Assembly: GCF_009914755.1 (NCBI RefSeq)
Contig: NC_060932.1
DNA: 64,000 nucleotides
From: the human T2T-CHM13v2.0 reference genome, Homo sapiens
Direction: 5' to 3' (one strand)
This document shows positions 44,701 through 59,690 of this stretch, piece after piece; position 1 is the stretch's first letter; every line of letters starts with the position of its first letter. Position numbers and translations under genes: made by a program. Under the pieces are notes generated by a model that ran no database searches, was not told the origin of the DNA, and worked only from the letters and a program-made list of their open reading frames with translations.

Positions 44701-46549
44701 ATTAATATTCCTGTGAAAGCATCTACCACAACTTGCTAAGTAGTACTATCCTTATTCTTATGCTTAGCAAAGGAAAGAAGTCACTGTCTTAGAAGATCTG
44801 GCATAGAATCAACCCATATATCCACAGTAGTCTCATAAATGATAATATATTAGGAATTATGATATGCTTAAGGTACGTCCTTTTATCCTTTTTGAATAGG
44901 CTGGGGCTGACTATATCTGGTTTAGTAGGAGTCAAAAAGTAAAATGCTTTAACTGCTTTCATAAATCCTCATCACTACACAGCTATAATTAGTTTCACGC
45001 TTATGAATTTTATCTTACATGTTAATTATATCTGCAATGATTCTGAGAATGCAAAGAAATTAATTAATGAAAAAATAACTGCTTTGAGAGTAGATGCTTT
45101 AAGCATATAAGTGATAACAGGAAGAAAAAAATGTCCATTGTTTTGATAACTTTCAGAATGTCTCTCTATGCTTAAGTCTTCCACAGTATTGGTCAATTAA
45201 ATATCAATACCAAGCAAGAACAATGTCAGCTGATTAAGTAAAATTTTGTACTTCTTTAAAAGTTCATTTCATAAGGCTCTGATTTTATTCTTAAAAGTCT
45301 GAGCTTCTGAACATATGTAAGTATTCATGAATGATCCTGATTTTAAAAAAGAAAGGTAACAGACTTCCATATCTAGCAGTATGTTAGAATGACTAAATTG
45401 ACCAAAGGTTCTCCTAAAAAGAAAGAAACATAATGGTTAAAATAACAAAAATATTTTCTTTAATTCTATTATTGAGTCAGCAGTTTAGGAATGATTATAG
45501 AAAGGCAGAAAAAAGAAAAGAGCTACAAATCAAAAAATAAACAGAACACTGAAGCTGGGTTTTGCAGAACTTGAGTGAGCTTGTTTTAACATTATAGATA
45601 TATAAAGGGTCAATATATAATAAAAAGCAGAATAAAGTTGCCTAGAATATGAAAATTCTAAACTTGCATGAAAGTAGTAAAACAGCCTCAAAATATATAA
45701 AAGCAAAAATTAAAATAATTACTAGCAGCAAAGACAAATCCACCATCGTAATGATTTTATAAATGGTACATTTACACAAGTTGACCAAACACTGGTCAAA
45801 AAAGTAAGTTTTAACAAATTTGAAAAACTGGAGTCACTTTCTCTGCTCTCAATACAATTATGCTAGAAATCAATAATAATTCTCATTTCTTTGAAAATTT
45901 AAAAGGTATTTCTATGTAACTCATCAGTCAAAAAATAATGGAATCTAGAAAACGGTATGAAAAAGTACGTGAAAAATTGGCACAGTTTTTCACATGAACG
46001 ATATAACAGCATGATATAATCTTAAAAAGCACTTTAATTCTTGTGAATTAATTTATTTAATTGCCTGTAGTTCGTCTGGCTTTAGTGCTTTTGTCATTCA
46101 TAGAATACTCAATTAGCACAGTTCATAATCATGTATGCTATGTATAAAAAAGTGACCAGTATTTTTTCATGATAATAAACCTGTTCTATCTCACTTTATA
46201 CTTATGAATAATCTTCTCTGGCCGGGCTATTCCAAGGTATAAATTGTTTGAGTCAGTTTGACATCTTAAAATTTTCCATCCTAAAAGTATTTATGATTCT
46301 TTGACCCCAATTCACATATCATTTTTTTAAACTGTTGAGTAACTGCATACACACATTTAAAAGCAATCTTGATTTGAGTAGTTCCTATCTAAGGTCAAAC
46401 ACTTCAAAAATTGTAGGCCTAGTATGGCTAACAACATATCCTAGTAGCATATCTTTTGACAACAGGCAAGAAAGAGAATGAGAGCAGGAAGTATTAGTGT
46501 ATGGATATTGAGTCTTGGCTCCTAGAAACTGAGAAGTTAAAAGAAACAC

Positions 46550-46900
46550 AGACAATGACATTCATTCACTCACTCACTCACTCTCCTCAGCTCTTTTCTC
46601 TCCACATGTCTGCATGCTTCTTCTTTCTTTGGATCAGCTTTCTCTGTTCTCTAGTCTGCATGGCATATAATATGGCTACTCAAAGCCCTGAAATTTACAA
46701 GTTAAAGCCCCAGACATGTTAAGAGACTAATTCTCTTTCTCCTGTTCCCAATTCCCAATTCCAGGGGACTTGGATTGGTTCCAGCTTTGTTCAGATGTCT
46801 GTTCTCGTCTAATCAGCTGTGGCTAGGTGGAAAAGGCCACATAGTTTCCCACTGACCACTGCTTGGGTAGCAAGGGGTAGTAAAAGGTTTTGTTGTGAGC
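46550..46900. mobile_element. Old LTR remnant (LTR33/MLT-like)
   Basis: ttcccaattccaggggatacttggattggttccagc...aatcagctgtggctagg. Confidence 0.4.
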
Positions 46901-47389
46901 AAGAAATGGCATAGGTGTATCAGCAAGCAACATGTGCTACGTGTGTGCAACGTGCTTTCTGATGGAATCCTAACACCACCCTATGCCTGTTAGACAGGTG
47001 TCAAGTTGAATAATCAAGATGGACGGCATTGCCTGGGGCTTTGTGTAGGGAAAGTGATACTATTTGGCACTGGACAAAGGTGTGGAGGGTAGATTTCCTC
47101 AAGTAGCAAAAGACTGTACAGCAAAGAGACGTGTGGCCAGCACTGCCCCAAGAAGCTGACGGGTCACATCTGAACAGAAGCTGCCAAGTATACAACTGAT
47201 ACATGCTATTAGTATATGTATATATACTATTAATATATGTGTATATATCATATAACTGATACATACTATTTACATTATCTTGAATGTACAGATTTAAATA
47301 ATCAAAAGTGAGTATGGCAAAATAATGCATGATTAATCCACCCATTTGCTCAACCTATAAATTCTAGCATAACCCTTTCTCTTCCCTAT

Positions 47390-48150
47390 CTCCTTCCTGC
47401 TTATTTACTTATCAATTCTTACTCCAAAATACCTTTTCAATTGGTTCCTTCCATTTCATCAACAATACCACGGTCTTAATTTGTCTTATTATATCTCTTT
47501 TCTAAATTTTTGCAATAGCCTCCTAAATGACTGCCCTGCCTCCAAATCTCCAATATATTTTGTACTAGCTTCAATTTCCATAATTTCTACTTTAAAGCAA
47601 GATCCTGTCCTTGTCACATCCCTGCTTATAAGTCTCTAGTAAGTTCGTCACAGGCTACAGCAGAGGTCCCAAACATAAGTGCACATCAGAACCACATAAA
47701 TTTCTGGCCCTCATCCTAGATTTTCTCAATCAGAATCTCCTAGAATGGGGCTTAGAAATTTGTCTTTTTAACAAACTTCCCATTTGATTCTAGTAACCTG
47801 TCCAGCATCAATCTTTGTATCTGTGTTACAGAGCCACTGTTCTATAATATAAAGTCCAGACTCCCTGAATAGAACACAAGTCAATTCACAATCTGATTCC
47901 AACCATTTTCTAGTCTCAGCCCCTGCAACTTTCCCTTCTCAACCTTTCTCACAACACATTATGCCCTTTAAGACTGTCAGGTATCTATATATCTGCCTTC
48001 TTCTCCTCTCTCGCCTTAGGGAACTTCTACTCATTCTGGGACAGAGTGAGACTCTGTCTAAAAAAAAAAAAAAAGAATCAGTTCAATTGTCACCTACTCT
48101 GTGAAGCTTTCCTTGACTGCCTCTAGCATTTATTCATTCCCTCTTGATTA
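47390..48150 (+). mobile_element. L2 fragments with nested MER5-like element (~47660-47840)
   Basis: gcaatagcctcctaaatg...cacatccctgctta...tcacctactctgtgaagctttccttgac; internal catcagaacc...aatcagaatctcc. Confidence 0.6.
48037..48073 (+). mobile_element. Minimal Alu 3' stub
   Basis: ctgggacagagtgagactctgtct followed by a poly(A) run. Confidence 0.75.
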
Positions 48151-48159
48151 CAGAGTTGA

Positions 48160-48420
48160 AGAGACAGTATAGTGTGGCCATTAAGAACACAGGTTCTGCA
48201 ACTAGATTGCAAATGTTTGAATCTAGGCTCTGATAATTTCTAATAAGTCAGTGAGTAACATGTGTACTTGGACAAGTTAATTGGTCTCTGTGCCTTAGCT
48301 GCCTTCACTGAAAATGGGAATAATAACAGTGTGTGTCCAATATAAATTCTAAGGGTTAATGAGTTAATGTACAAAAAACAGTTGCTCAGACCCTAGCAAA
48401 TGATCCTTAAATATTAGCTT
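48160..48420 (+). mobile_element. MIR
   Basis: agtatagtgtggccattaagaacacagg...ttggacaagtta...aaaatgggaataataacagt. Confidence 0.7.
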
Positions 48421-48978
48421 CGTGTTTAAGAGTTATTCCTGTCCCTTAGACTATGAACAAGTCTATTATATTAAGCCAGTCAATTTAAGAGTTCCCCTTG
48501 TTAGTTGTGGTACCATAAATGAAGAAAAAAATAATAATTTAACAGAACTTATTTTCATCTCCTCAAAAGATGACTGAGGATAATGTACTAAACCTATTTA
48601 AGAAAAAAAGCCATTTATGTGAGAAGGGCTTAGGTTATCTTTTTAAGTCATTCACTTGATAGGAAGAAACAATTTGGAAATCTTAGACAACTATTTGAAT
48701 TTCAATGAAGAAAGAAAATATTAAACATAGCTCTGGGCTATTAAAACTGTATAAAGAACTGAAAAATCTAGAAAGAAATCTCACAGAACAAAATTCCTGT
48801 TATTATAAAACCAAAATTTTAGCCAAAAATATATCTCAAGAAATCCTGTAGACTTTTAAAATGACTAGAAATAGAATAAAAACTTTTTATAAATCCTGCC
48901 TTTTATTACTAAAGTCATATCTGAAATGGAAAAGATGGGGTAACGGAAAAACCTGGTCATCTGTAACAAAAGAAAACA

Positions 48979-49095
48979 GAGGCTGACGCAGGAGGATTGC
49001 TTGAGCCCAGGAGTCTGAGACCAGCCTGGGCAAAATAGCAAAACCCCACTATAAATTTAAATTTATAAAATAAAAAAATAAATTAAAAATAATAA
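48979..49095 (+). mobile_element. Truncated FLAM/Alu monomer
   Basis: gaggctgacgcaggaggattgcttgagcccaggag...cagcctgggcaa. Confidence 0.85.
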
Positions 49096-49796
49096 AGGAA
49101 AGCAAATTACGGTTATGTAAGGTAAGAAGTAAACAGGAAAACTAAATTGGTGCTCAGATATAAAGTGAGCATCTTCTGTAATTTTCCGTTTTTCTTATTT
49201 TGCTTTGGAAATATTAGCTATTGAAACAAAATATAGTGAAATCTGGTAACAGGAGTCAGCTCTTCTGCAGAACACATTTCTCCTTGGACGCATTCATTCA
49301 CTCAAGTGTTTATTGAGCAACTAATATTATACATGCTTGGATATAGCAATAAACAAAAGAGTCATTCAAGTGTGATGCCATTCCTACAGTACTTATCATG
49401 TGAACAACATCGATATTCCAACAAGTTCCATGATACTTTGTATACCTTTTATACTGACATAAGGTGCATATGGCTCCACCTGCAAATTATCACCATTAGT
49501 GACTCCAGAAGAGTAAATCTATTTTGCTTCCATAGCATCTGACCTCCAGATCACGGGTTTTTTTTACCTAGATTCAAGGATACCTAAAGGTTAATGGGTA
49601 TATTGGGGGAAATCTGTGAACTCCTTAATACTGCATGCCTATACTGTATTCTCCAGGGCCCCAAGACCCCAAGAATAATTTTTTTAAAAATCAGTGCTCT
49701 ACATGTAGAAAATTCTCTAGCTATTTGAGCAATTCTGTCCTACTGAAAGGGCTGCTGCCATATACCAACACAGAGGATAGTTGGTAAACTCCTTAC

Positions 49797-49985
49797 CTGA
49801 CATTTTATAGGACAATGTTCAACAATTTTATCATCAAGAAGTTATGTTTTGCTCATCTAAATTCTGTCCTCTCCTGTTTTGAATACCAACAATCTAGTCA
49901 GTCTGTTAGACAAAGACTTCTTCCAAAAAAACTGTTTACAGAACTTGGGCTCCAGCAACTTTTGCAATATAATCCTTGTGCACTA
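49797..49985 (-). other. Candidate 189/186-nt exon, 5'UTR-like, ending in ATG TCA G
   Basis: Minus: gttatttttctgtggttcag|TAG (NAGNAG) ...CTATAAAATGTCAG|gtaagg. Strong donor; ATG at 49803 with A at -3. Confidence 0.45.
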
Positions 49986-51044
49986 CTGAACCACAGAAAA
50001 ATAACTCCTTAATTTGTGGTTGGAATAACCACTGCAGAACAACCTACAGTGGGTGGCATGAAACTATCACAATTATAAAGTAACCAAGCAAATAATATAC
50101 TAGGTCTCAAAGAGATAAAATGTTATAAATCCAAAACATACATTGCTATAAATAAAGTCTGTGGTTATTTGCTGAGATGCTCTAACATTGCAGTAACAAG
50201 GGTTACTCTTAGCATGTTTTATAAAGAAATAACTAAAGCTATTTGACAGTAGACTCAGTGGCACCACATGTATTGTTTGGGCTAAGAAATTAGGTGAATT
50301 GCACTGTATAGTAACTTTGGAAAAATGCCGCCTTTAATATAAACAAACAATGGACTTTCCTTTAGAAGCCACGAGAAGGGAGAGGAGGACGGCAGGATTT
50401 GTACTACCAAATCAGCATGCCAGCAATTTGGGAAACCATTGAATAAGAGCAATCAGTGTGTCTAAATGCATATTTGTTGACAGCTGTAATCAGATCATTT
50501 CCTCAAAATTTAAATAATGGATTTTAGAGTTGGGAAGGCTCTTTAAGACCAACCAGACAATGGGGACTGAGGACTAAAAAGGGTGCATGACTTGCTCAAG
50601 TTCACCAAACAGAACAGAAAGAAAGAACTGAGTCTCTTGACTCCCTTATCAAGCTATCTTTCTTACACAGAAAGGTTTTTTTAATTAAAATATAATTCAT
50701 GTGCTACAATTCACTAACTTAAATAAACAATTCAATGGCTTTTGGTATAGTCACTAAAAACAGCTGTGCATTCATCATCACAATTTTTTAACATTTGTAT
50801 CACCCCCAAAAGAAACTCCCTTAGCTATCACTCCCTTAAATGTCCCCTACCCCACCCACTGCCTCCCATCTTCCCATCCCTAGGTCACCACTAATCCATC
50901 TTCTGTCTCTACATACTTGACTATTCTGCACATTTCATATCAAGGAATCATACAATATGTAGTCCTTTGTGACCAGCTTCTTTCACTGAGCATAATGTTT
51001 TCAAGATTCAGACATGTTGTACCACGTCTTAGTACTTCATTACC

Positions 51045-51341
51045 TTTTTTTCTTTTTTGAAATGAAGTTTTATTCTGCAACCCAGGCTGGAGTGCAGTGG
51101 TGCGATCTCAGCTCACTGAAACCTCTGTCTCATGGGTTCAAGCAATCCTCCTGCCTCAGCCTCCTAAGTAGCTGGAACTACAGGTGGGAGACACGCCACC
51201 ACGTCTGGCTAATTTTTGTATTTTTAGTAGAGACGGGGTTTCACCATGTAAGCCAGGCTGGTCTTGAACTCCTGCCTCAGGATCTGCCCGCCTCAGCCTC
51301 CCAAAGTGCTGGGATTACCGGTGTGAGCCACTGTGCCCAGC
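51045..51341 (-). mobile_element. Alu (AluS/J)
   Basis: Reverse dimer. Confidence 0.93.
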
Positions 51342-51379
51342 CCCATTACTTTTTAATGGCTGAATAATATTCCACTGTA

Positions 51380-51702
51380 TGGCAAGTTCCACATCTGCAA
51401 TTTCCATACAGGCAAGTTCCACATCTGCAATTTCTACATCTGCAGATTCAGTCAACCACAAATAGAAAATATTCAGGAATAAAAGCCAATAAAAATATAA
51501 CAAAATATAAATAAAATTATCTGCATAGAATTTATCTTATATTAGGTATTATCAATAATCTAGAGATGATTTCAAGTATACAGGAGAATGTGTGTAAGTA
51601 TACCCAAGCACTATGCCATTTTATTAAAGGGACTTCAGCAACCATGGATTTTGGTGTCTGTGGGGTCCTGGAACTAATCCTCCCACAGGTACTGAGGATA
51701 CC
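51380..51702 (-). mobile_element. Tigger3/MER7-type DNA transposon
   Basis: catctgcagattca...aatagaaaatattc...ataatctagagatgattt...ggggtcctggaactaatcctccc. Confidence 0.75.
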
Positions 51703-52645
51703 TATACCCCATTTTGTTTATCCATTCAGCAGTCGATGGACACTTGTATTGTTTCCACCTTTTGGCTATCGTGACTAATGCTGCTATGAACATCTGTGTA
51801 CAAGTTTTTGAGTCGACATCTGATTTCATTTCTCTTAGGTATATATGTAGGAATGGAATTGCTGGATCATATAGTAACTCTGTTTAACCACTTGGGGAAC
51901 TGCCAAACTGTCTTTGAAAATGACTGCACCATTTTACATTCACACTCATCGAAAAGTTCCTGCTTTTAAAATCAAAACAATCAGATCACAAATTCCTTAG
52001 TTTCTGTTAACAGGTAACTGAAGAAAAAAACCCAAATATTGACACACGTTTTTTAAAAACCACATACTATCACTACACAAAACTCAGATTCAGAGTTCGA
52101 AACAGAGAAAGATAGCTTTAAATTGCTATTTTACAAAGGATTACAGTATAGTGAATATTTCCTTAATTGCTGAAATCATATCAAAATATCACACAAGGGC
52201 TATAGATAAATGTCAAACATTCAAAATATTGGGAGATCTTAAATATAAATTAAAAAGGAAAAATTGATTGAATGCTCTCAAAAACCAAATTAAAATCTAT
52301 TGCCAGGTGATTTTTACATACTTTCAGTCATTGGAAGGAAAACAAACATTTTTAAGATACAAAATTGATAGGTATTCAACAGGGCAAAGTAAATGCAGTA
52401 TACTGGTTTGGAACACAAAATGAAAGCTAGCCACTATAACCATACAACAAAGAGTTATCGTCCAAATGGGCTTATGATAAGCAATTTGGGGAACAACAAC
52501 TTTATACACAATGCAGTCAACTGTACATTCTGGATGTCAAGGGGTTCTGCTTCCATTTACTGGATAAGCTTCATATATATACATTTAGAGTTGGACTCTC
52601 AACACAGTGAAAGAGAGAGAGAGAGAGTGTGTGTGTGTACATATA

Positions 52646-52941
52646 TTTAGAGTTGGGATCTCACTGTGTTGCACAGGCTGGAGTGCAGTAGCTATTTACA
52701 GGTTTGATCATACCACACCATACCCTCAGCCACGAGCAGTGGTGTGTGCCTGAAGTCCTAGCTACTCAGGAGGCTGAGGTGGGAGAATCCCTTGAGCACA
52801 GCCTGGGCAACATATGAAGACACACCCCCATCTCCAAATAAATAAATAATGAAATTAAAAAGCCAGCACATTATAGCCTCAAATTCCTGGCCTCAACAGA
52901 TCTTCCCACCTCAGTCTCCGGAGTAGCTACAACTACAGGCC
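52646..52941 (-). mobile_element. FAM (fossil Alu monomer) interrupted by an opposite-strand FLAM-like monomer at ~52729-52862
   Basis: gtgcagtagctatttacaggtttgatcat is the reverse of the 7SL-like FAM segment GATCGCGCCTGTGAATAGCCACTGCAC. The inner monomer is on + with an A tail. Confidence 0.75.
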
Positions 52942-53259
52942 TGCAACACCACGCCCAGCTAGGGTGTGCCTTCTACAAAGGAAGGTTGGGGCAACTAGTA
53001 AGTGTAAAGTCGAGATTAAAAGAAAATTTGGCCAAGTATCAGCAACTCCCATGGGTGTTTCTGCCACTCAGAGACTCTAGAACTTTGGAACAGCAGCAGG
53101 TAGACAAGTGGGTAAGAGGAAAGTGTGAATAGAAACAGAAAGAAAACGAGTTCTCACAGAAAAGGGCCAGGAATAAATTAATAAAAAAAAAAAAAAAGAA
53201 AGAAAGAAAGTGAAGAATCTAAGCAGATACAAGTAGGTCGTGCATAGAAATCTAAACCT

Positions 53260-53388
53260 CTTATTTTATTATTTTTTAGAGATAAGGGTCTTGCTATGTT
53301 GCCCAGGCTGATCTCAAACTCCTGACCTCAAATGATCCTCGGCCTCACAAAGTGTTGGGATTACAGGCATGAGCCACTGCACCTGGCC
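53260..53388 (-). mobile_element. FLAM/Alu left monomer with TSD
   Basis: TAGAAATCT on both sides; monomer sequence. Confidence 0.9.
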
Positions 53389-53603
53389 TAGAAATCTGAA
53401 TTTTTATCACATTTTCAGCACCAGCAAATTTGCCCTTTCTTTTCAGTGGTAGTTAAAATCTTCCAGAATTGTCTTTAGCTTTACTAATCTCCAGACAATG
53501 GTGGCTGATGAACTTTTTGACAGTACACCGAAGAAAGAACAGTTTATATCATAACTAGCACCCTCATAGAAATCTTTCTAAACATATACATATAAACAAA
53601 CGA

Positions 53604-53930
53604 GGCCGGCGCGGTGGCTCACGCCTGTTATCCCAGAACTTTGGGAGGCCGAGGTGGATGGATCACGAGGTCAGGAGATCAAGACCATCCTGGCTAACAC
53701 GGTGACCCCTTGTCTCTACTAAAAATACAAAAAATTAGCCAGGCGTGGTGGTGGGCGCCTGTAGTCCCAGCTACTCGGGAGGCTGAGGCAAGGAGAATGG
53801 CGTGAACCCGAGAGGCAGAGCTTGCAGTGAGCCGAGATTTCGCCACTATATTCCAGCCTGGGCGACAGAGCGAGACTCTGTCTCAAAAACAAAACAAAAC
53901 AAAACAAAATAAAAAAACAAAAAAAAACCA
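53604..53930 (+). mobile_element. AluY-like
   Basis: gatcacgaggtcaggagatc...cctggctaacacggtg; gagaatggcgtgaaccc. Confidence 0.95.
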
Positions 53931-54346
53931 AATGAAATGTTCCCCAAAAGCACTAGTCTTGCTATTTTGGTACAGCCTAGTATTTTCTATTCTATTTCAT
54001 ATTTTTAAAAAAAGCTGAAAATGGCCCAATAAATTATGATGTGCAGTTTTTCAAGGATAAAGCTCATAGGAAATGATGATAATATAATCAACCATGACTA
54101 ACTTCAGATACGGGCAGGCAATGACAAACTACATCCTAAGTGTCACCTGGCCAATAGTAATTTCAAAGAGGTAGGGCAGGCTAAAATACAAAAAAAAGTT
54201 TGTCTCATAGTCAACAAAATTAGGTAATAAAAGCTCAATAAATGAATATTAGTTCACAAATATTACATTTTTTATTATTATTACGGAGGGCAGTAGGAAT
54301 CCTGACTTAATTCTAAAATAAATTTCAAGTAATTTCAAATAAATAA

Positions 54347-54662
<316 letters not shown>

Positions 54663-55383
54663 ACACTGAAATATACAACTATAAAATACTAGAGAGAAAC
54701 ACAGACCACTACTTTTACAAAGGCAAAAGGCTTTGTAAGTATGTAAGTATGGTACCCAAACCAGAAATTATAAAAGAAAAAGGCAAATGAATTACATAAT
54801 ACAAAAATTTTGTATGGCAAAGTAATCAACAACAAACTGGAGTAAATTTTTTTTAACAGTTACAACAAAGAGTATAAACTAACAAGAAAGTGATAAATAC
54901 AAAAGACTAATGAGCAACCAGAACAGGCCAATGACTCTGGAGTACAAAATTCATTTAAGAATTAAATAAACGGCCAAACGTTCACCATTGCTAGTCATCA
55001 AAAGTGCAAATTAAATCAATAATGTAATAACTTTTGCTTATTAGATTGGCAAGATGAAAAAAAAACACCTAGTGTTGGAGAGAGACAGTTACTTTGGAAA
55101 TTTGAGAATGTGTATAAATCTTTAAAGAATGTACAACCAACCTATCCAGTTCCTCCACTCTAAATAATTTATTATAAGGAAATAATCAGATAGTTATACC
55201 AAAATCTATATACAGATAAAAATAATAAAAACTGAAAACAACATCAATATATATTAACAGGGAATTAGTTAAAGAAGTTGTAGTAGTAAAATGCTATGCA
55301 GTCTTTAACAATTTTGTTTATGACATAGTTAGCTGGCCCTGACATATGTTTATTTGGGAAGGCGGGGGAAGACCTACTTATGA

Positions 55384-55730
<347 letters not shown>

Positions 55731-55732
55731 TA

Positions 55733-56145
<413 letters not shown>

Positions 56146-56878
56146 TTAAATTACTTTTAAAATAAAATGATATTTTTCAAATAAAAAGATGAACAATCTT
56201 AATGCTCAATCTGTTTACATAAACCTGAAAAATATTAATAACCTTTAAGCCTACTTGCTCCACTTAATCTTTCCTCAGGAAATAATCCTAGAAGTCTTAA
56301 CCACAGAGATGTTCCAGACTGTGTCATTTGTAAGAGTGAAAAAGTAGTAACAACCTACCTAATAAACAGGAATGCCTGAAGAAATTATGATATATTCAAT
56401 GATATATAGTGCATCCTTCATAATGAAAAAAATGCTACACAATAAACTTCAGTGAGAAGCTCAATATTCAAAATTATAGAGAGTATGATTAAAACCATAT
56501 TATGTACAAACAAAACAGAAATCTGTAGCTGAAAAGATTGGAGGCAAATGTACTAAAATGAGTGGTGGAGCTCATTAAATACTCATTTAAATGAGTATTT
56601 TAAAATTTAAATACTTAGAGAATTTCCCACAGCTTCTTTATGAAAATGCATTAGTTTTACAAATTGAAACCAAAAAATAATAATAACAGAAATATCGACA
56701 TAAATCCAATTTTACTAATTTGGCTTGATCACTGAAAAATATCAACTTTGACAGCTCAGTGATCAATACATAGAATAAACAAATGATTTAAAGCTTTAAT
56801 CTAAAATGAAGAGACCAACAGAATTAATTAAGTTTCCTTTGATCAATAAATTATTTTTATAATAAACAAAAGAATACA

Positions 56879-57183
56879 GGCGAAGCACAGTGGCTGTCAC
56901 CTGCAATCCCAGCACTTTGGGAGGCCAAGGTAGGCAGATCACTTGAGACCAGGAGTTCGAGACCTGCCTGGCCAACATGGCGAAATCCCATCTCTACAAA
57001 AAATACAAAAATTAGCCAGGTGTGGTGGTGGATGCCTACAGTTCCAACTACTTGGGGGACTGAGGTGGGAGGATTGCTTGAACCCGGGAGGCGGAGGTTG
57101 TGGTGAGCTGAGATTGCAGCACTATACTACAGCCTGGGTGACAGAGTGAGACTGTCTCAAATAATAATAATAATAATAATAAT
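56879..57183 (+). mobile_element. Alu with (TAA)n tail
   Basis: Full dimer. Confidence 0.93.
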
Positions 57184-58639
57184 ACATAAAGATATATGTA
57201 TAGGAAGAAACACTTGCATAAATAGAATTTTAATGTAAAAACACCATATTTTATATTTATGATATATAAATACTTCTTTTTCCTATTTCCCTTTTTCTTA
57301 CAAAAAATGCAACTAGAACTATTTGCTTGGTTAATTATCCAATTTAAAAAAATAAATATGAAAATAGAAATGTAGACAGATCACATCATAATGTAATTAG
57401 TTAAAAAGACATGCTTTGGAATTCAGATTAGGAAAGACAATATAAGAACAGTCCATCTATTTATTAGAGACTGACAGCTTATGGTTGACAATGGTGTGGC
57501 TGAATTTAAGTGAACTTAATTAAATATTACTTGATAATACTTAACAGTAAAGTGATAGGGTGAAACAAATTGCAAAGTGTGGGCTAAGGTGAACTAGGCT
57601 TATACTTAATGTTTTTTAATTCTTTTACAAAAGATTATTGCAACAAAAAGATGTTAAAATTTTTAGAAAGTGACAGTTGTATTTTTTTTTCCCTGATAAA
57701 CATGTAATCTAAGTAGTTTAAAACAACTAGGAAGATAAGAATCTGTCCGAAGTGACAGACTGATCAGGATTTCATCTTCACCATGCATTGTGGATCAGAT
57801 CAGGCTTCAATACAAAACTCTACTGTGTACTAGCTCACGACTTTGCATATATTTCATACCTTCTCTAGGTCTCAGTTTCCTTGTCTAAAAACTGTGGATA
57901 ATGTTTCCTAACTTAGAGCATTACTATATTTATCCTTGAAAAAAGACAGGATATAAGAGTAAGCTATGGTTATATTTTTAACAATTGAAAAGAGAATTTG
58001 GATTATGATCTTAATTTTACCCACTCTTCAATCCACCCCCATCTCTACAAAAACAAAACAAAATAAATAAATAAATACGCAGTTTCCAAGAATTGTGACA
58101 TAATTTTATTTTCCAGAAAATGAAATCAGTGGATAACCACCCCTTAGGAAATGAGCATAGAACAAACTCATTTTACATGAGTTAAAATGTAGTAATCAGA
58201 ATGGAAAGAGGCAAGAACATATTACTTTAATGATGTATTTTTTTTCACTATTGAAAGTTGAAAAGTGTTATCAGAAATTCTCTGAAACAAACATATCTTA
58301 GTAGTCATTTCTAATATAAAATACATTCAGTCACTAATTTTTTGTGTTGTTTTGTATCTTTAGTTGAAGACAGGAACACATAACCTATACTTTCAAAATA
58401 CAGCCAGCCTAAAAAGGTAAATAAAATTTTTTATTTTGAAAAGGGAAAAATTTCAAGAAAAAAACTGTACCTATCTGTAGATGCTGGATAATGTTCATTC
58501 AAATCTTTATAATACGGGAGCCTTTATTCTTTGAGAGGCAGAACTGGAGAATTAGGACTTTGGAGGAAGAGACATCTGAGTTAGAATTCCAGCTTTGCCA
58601 CTTAATAGTGGTGGGAGCTCAGGCACAGCAGCAGAACCC

Positions 58640-59350
<711 letters not shown>

Positions 59351-59364
59351 AAATGATTTGGAAA

Positions 59365-59690
59365 GTCACAAATTCTGAGAATCACCTTCCTCATCTATTA
59401 AATAAGGGTGATGCTAGTAAGACGTATGTAAAGCATAGTATCTGTCTGACACATAGAAAAGGTTCAATAATGCCAGCTGTTGTGATAATGATGACAACTT
59501 TAATTCTCACACCAACCAGTACTTTGATAGCACTTTGGGGGTAAGTACTATCTTCAACCACTTTAAAGACAAGAAAATTAAGGCTCCAAAGTTAAGCAAC
59601 TTGCCTAAGATCACACAATTAGTTAGGAGTAGAGCCAGGATTCAAATCCAGAAATCTTTCCAAGGCCATGATCTTAACTAGTATTATGCT
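59365..59690. mobile_element. Two MIR fragments, tail-to-tail
   Basis: + ttcctcatctattaaataaggg...gttcaataat; - aggctcc...ttaagcaacttgcctaagatcacac...gagccaggattcaaatcc. Confidence 0.65.

Larger units (their letters stand above)
50675..51945 (-). mobile_element. L1MB 3' region interrupted by Alu and Tigger3
   Basis: aaatataattcat...ggaatcatacaatatgtagtcc...[inserts]...cattttgtttatccattca...ggaattgctggatcata. Confidence 0.85.

Noticed and set aside
51995-52020. ttctgttaacag|gtaact, recursive-splice-like AG|GT on +
   Set aside because: Single motif on the strand opposite the better exon set, with no other support.
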